Assembly: GCA_951406725.2 (NCBI GenBank) | Contig: OX597818.1 | Coordinates: 87,110,001-87,174,000 of the forward strand | Reading direction: 5' to 3' | DNA: 64,000 bases | DNA from: Octopus vulgaris | Lineage: Eukaryota | Shown: piece after piece, positions 59,936-64,000 of the stretch | Layout: the number at the start of each line of letters is the position of its first letter | Position numbering within the stretch: the first letter of the stretch is position 1 | The notes under the pieces: model-generated | Databases searched by the model: none | What the model was told of the DNA's origin: nothing | The model's input: the letters and a program-made list of their open reading frames with translations, nothing else | Program-made: the position numbers and the translations under genes

Positions 59936-60321
59936 CTAGCAGTATCGCCCGGCGTTGCTCAGGTTTGTAAGGGAAATAACTATAAAGCATCTTTAGAGAG
60001 TTATAGCCAAAAAATAGCAAAAAAATGGAAAAAAATGATCGTAAATTTTTTTTTGAGAGTAAAAAAAGGTTGAGTTGCGTCCCCTAGACAGTCTGTGGTT
60101 TGTTTTTTTTTATTCTCGACCCCATGTCGAATTTATCGATTTTTTTCAGAACTGGGGGAACTTTTCAAAATTTTCGCTGCGTTAGTTTTGAATTATGACA
60201 TTGGGCTATGCGTGTGTCAAGTTTCATCAGAATCGGTTGAAAGCCGTGGTCAGGGTGAGGGTACGAGAAAACAGACACACAGAAACACGCACAGACAAAC
60301 TGCCGTTTATATATAGAGAGA
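59936..60321 (-). mobile_element. Non-autonomous Helitron (second copy)
   Basis: Same TC...CTAG termini and body as 21579-21962, inserted in (TA)n. Confidence 0.8.
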
Positions 60322-60808
60322 TATACGATACGCTTTTTGAGTTTCCATCTACCAAATCCACACACGAGGTTTCAATCAGCCCAAGGCTATAGTAGAAGAC
60401 ACTTGTTCAAGGTGCATTACAGTGGACTGAAAATAGAACCATCCAGTTGAGACACAAAATTCTTACCACACAGCCATGCCTGCACCTTTATAAAAAAAAA
60501 TTTGCTAAAATATGTTTTGTATTATATAACAAGTTTGTTGTACATAAATTTTAACAAAATTTTATATGGACCCTCAATGATCAGAACCACAGATCTAAAT
60601 TGAAAACAAAAACTGTTCAATTCAAGATAAGTTAAAAAAAATTTTTTGAACTGCAACTCATCAGAAACATATCGTTAACATTGCTTGTTTCCATTTCACA
60701 TCGAAGTAATTAGTTTTTCTATCATTAGGAACTGATGCTTAACATTGATAAAAATGTCCTTATTTATTATTATTATTATTATTGTTGTTATTTTTTTTTT
60801 TGTTTTAG

Positions 60809-60876
60809 ATAATGTATTCATCGACACAAACCATATCTCCTCCCCACCATCTTGTACAGGAAATGTGCCTTGTCAG
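60809..60876 (+). CDS. Short internal coding exon continuing the frame of 53104-53325
   Basis: Strong acceptor (t)11gttttag| and consensus donor CAG|gtgagt; 68 nt, phase 1 to 0. Joined to the previous exon it reads ...NQSH-D-NVFIDTNHISSPPSCTGNVPCQ with no stop. Confidence 0.6.
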
Positions 60877-61263
60877 GTGAGTTGGCATATCTCTCTTTCA
60901 TTAACTCTCTCTGTTCTTTGCACATATTTAGTGCAGTTGCATGTATTGTTCTCCTTGACACCTGATTTCTAAATGATTCAGTGATTCTCTTACAAAGTGA
61001 AGGGGCATGGCCTAATGGTTGGGCTGCCATGCTCAAAATTGTATGGTTATGCTTTTGATTCCCAGGGCAGCACATTGTTGTTCTCAATTTGATTCTTAGA
61101 CCGAGTGGTGCATAGTATTCTTGAGCAAAACACTTCATTTCACATTGCTCCAGCTTGTAAATGATTTCCAGCAAGAAGTGAGAAGTTAAACCTGTAACGG
61201 ATTGGCATCTCATTCAAGAAACAGTGTGTTGTAATCTCAATCACTTATATTTCATGGTAATTA

Positions 61264-61492
61264 GGTGGCGAGCTGGCAGAAACGTTAGCACGCCGGGCAA
61301 AATGCGTAACCGTATTTTGTCTGCCGTTACGTTCTGAGTTCAAATTCCGCCGAGGTCGACTTTGCTTTTCATCCTTTCGGGGTCAATAAATTAAGTACCA
61401 GTTATGCACTGGGGTCGATATAATCAACTTAATCCGTTTGTCTGTCCTTTGTCCCCTCTGTGTTTAGCCCCTTGTGGGTAGTAAAGAAATAT
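61264..61492 (+). mobile_element. SINE family B, near-consensus, with TSD
   Basis: CpG-intact copy; flanking direct repeat tatatttcatg(g)taatt. Confidence 0.88.
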
Positions 61493-61644
61493 ATATTTCA
61501 TGTAATTGAATGAAGCCCCAGCCTTGTGTGTCCTAGGGCTCACAACATACCTAAATTCTATTACAAAGAGACCACTCATGATTGTAAGATTGTGCTTTCA
61601 CTTCTCAGACTAGCACCCTCTCAGTTGGTAGTGTTGTAACCGTG

Positions 61645-61945
61645 AAGGTGCATGACTTACTGTTTAGAGTATTCAGCTCATGATCTTAAGGTTATGAGTT
61701 CAATTCCTGGCAGTGCATTGTATCATTGAGCCAAACATTTTATTTCACATTTTTCCAGTTCACTCAGCTGATGAAAATGAGTTGAACCTGTATGTCAAAG
61801 GGGCCAGTCTTGTCACATTCTGTGTCATGCTGAATGAGAACTACTGTAAGGGCATGCGTGTCTGTGGAGTACTCAGCACATTAGTTTCACAAGCAGGCTG
61901 TTCTGTTGATCAGATCAGGTGGAACCCATATCGTTGTAACTTACA
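61645..61945 (+). mobile_element. Older tRNA-headed SINE family E
   Basis: Head with gagttcaattcc; its 3' part matches window positions 1-100. Related heads occur at ~61000-61250, 34715-34865 and on the minus strand at 830-1050 and 4220-4430. Confidence 0.6.
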
Positions 61946-64000
61946 GAGAACCAGTAGTGTTGTAACCTCAGTCACTTAATGGCCATAGAGACCAATTTAA
62001 GCCCCAGTTTTATGAATTGTAGAGCTCACAATAGACTTAAGTTCTCTTACAAAGAAAGACAAGCTTTTAAATCTTTATAATGGGTGCTAATTTGTGGCAT
62101 TCGTTCCTTTCTCAAGGTCATTTATAGAAATAGTATCAAAGTCAAATAATTGCAGCTGAGAAATAAAACTCAGTTCTGGAATTATCTGCCAGGATCTTTT
62201 ATCTTTATCCTTGTTTGGATTATTTCTATGTTTAGTAATTGATCCAGTCATTATGCTGAGGCCATTCTAAGGCACTACTCTGAAGGATTTTAGTTGAATT
62301 GTTTTATGTCCTCTTGAAGTGACTCTAACAGCAAAGTCTTCTAGTATGCTGACTGACTAATAAAGTATGCACTGAGAGGTGTGTGGAACCGTTATTTTCC
62401 ATCAACAAGATAAATAGATAAAAGATAATTGGAACAAACAATAACCCCATTCAGATGAACAAGGCAAGATTTGCTAGTCAACAGAAATACCATCATGGGA
62501 GAATGCTAAATGGTGATGAAGCTCCTCTCTTTAAAGCTAGTGACACAGATGCATTAAACAACAGGAATCACAGATGTAAAAATGATGATCCTTGAATAGT
62601 CTTTGTTCTCAAAACAAATCTATGACTGTTGACATTCTTATGTGGAACTGTGTAACAGAAGCATTGTGGGATACTGTGGAGAAGGTTCAGCGATTCATTT
62701 GGATGAATGGCTTGCATATGGTAATTTAAATGTTATGAGTTATTGCCATCTTACTGTGAACTCAAGAAAATTATGTGGATCAAGTGGCAGGAATACACTC
62801 ACAGGCTACTGAACAATCATGTTTGGATGACAAAAACAAGGATTTTAAGGAAAATATGAGGCGTTGGTAGTGAGCTTTTCTAGTCACACCTTGTGATCAC
62901 ATTTACTGGAAAGAACTGAGAAAAGATGCTGCAGATTCATTTGTGGAATTCCTAAATGGTATATGAAGTGTGTATCATTAAGGGAATTAAATTGTTTATA
63001 CCTGTAATCTATGTCATCATCATCATCATTCTTTAATGTCTATTTTCCATGCTGGCACGGGTTGGCTGGTTTGATCAGAACTAGCAAGCAGGAGAGCTGC
63101 ACCCGGTTCCAATCTGATTCGGCTTGGTTTCTACGTCTGGATGCTCTTACTAATGCCAACCCCTTTACAATGTGATGGTTGCCTCTTACATGACACCCGC
63201 ACAGGTGCTTTTGTGTAACACTGACACTACTGTTCTCTGTGTGACGTTTGCACAGGTTTCTTGAAGACCAATCCTCTTCAGCAGGGACGGCAGCAATAAC
63301 ACTTTTGCTGTGGAGGACAGGTCTTTATGTCATTAATAATAAGACATTATCCAACATTACTGAACTTGTGTTTATCGTCCTACAGCATAAAGTTCTTGTA
63401 GTGGAGGTAGACAGCATGCTGAAGTGTAAATGTGCAAGTTGATTACGCCCTGAAATGTAAGAGTGGAGGTAGTTTGCAAGCTAAAGTGGGACCCTTTATT
63501 GACCTTGGAAGGGTGAAAGGCAAAGTCATTCTCAATGGGATTTGAACTCAGAATGTCAAGGACACTTGTAATTACCACAAGGCATTTTAACCAACATTGT
63601 ACTGATCTGATTCTGCGAATCCACTGCATTATATGACCAACGACGGTGGGGAGGGACCTCTATGCAGATGTGCAGCCTGCTTCAAATTAAACCCAAATGG
63701 GGTGGGGTGGGGTGGCATTGTGGCCCAAGATGCACGATGCTCTATGTCCAAACAAATGATCTGATGGTTACTGTTGGAACATTTGTTGATCATAGGTCTG
63801 CTTGTGGATATGACCTAGGGTTGAATATCAATGCTATTTTCATTAATACTTCTCTGTACAGTACATCACTCTCAACACCATTACAACGTTAACACCACTA
63901 ATGGCATTGCTGCAAACAATATTGTTCTATGTTTGACTTTGAGTCTGCATTGTGTGTGTGTATGTGTGTAGCTACATGTACGTACGAGCAGTATATCTAC

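Noticed and set aside
63266-63320. Possible next exon after tttgcacag
   Set aside because: Phase 0, which is needed after 60876, hits TGA at the third codon. The donor is weak and the region looks like a decayed retroelement next to a family A copy.

Overview
Eukaryotic, AT-rich, extremely repeat-dense genomic DNA. The SINE families and the microsatellite load point to an octopod cephalopod (Octopus-like); this is inferred, not proven. Almost the whole window looks intronic. On the + strand I can support three short spliceosomal exons of one large gene. Exon 30100-30194 encodes the N-terminal half of an SH3 domain that closely resembles Caskin. Exons 53104-53325 and 60809-60876 are Ser/Pro-rich and fit together in phase. 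The exon carrying the second half of the SH3 domain is not visible and may lie in the 100-N gap at 43462-43561. The rest is transposon-derived or simple sequence: dozens of SINE copies from at least 5 families, three non-autonomous Helitrons, Tc1/mariner, hAT and TTAA-type MITEs, Penelope-like fragments with hammerhead-ribozyme-like cores, minisatellites, and a young 5'-truncated CR1-type LINE with an uninterrupted RT frame inside about 5.7 kb of (TA)n/(CA)n. Nearly all long ORFs in the track are microsatellite artefacts. I see no clearly new multi-gene system. The most interesting signals are RNA-structural: a nested fold-back of about 1.1 kb at 25140-26280, an inverted CR1 pair bracketing a frame-symmetric exon, and hammerhead-like motifs. 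Repeat boundaries were estimated by eye.
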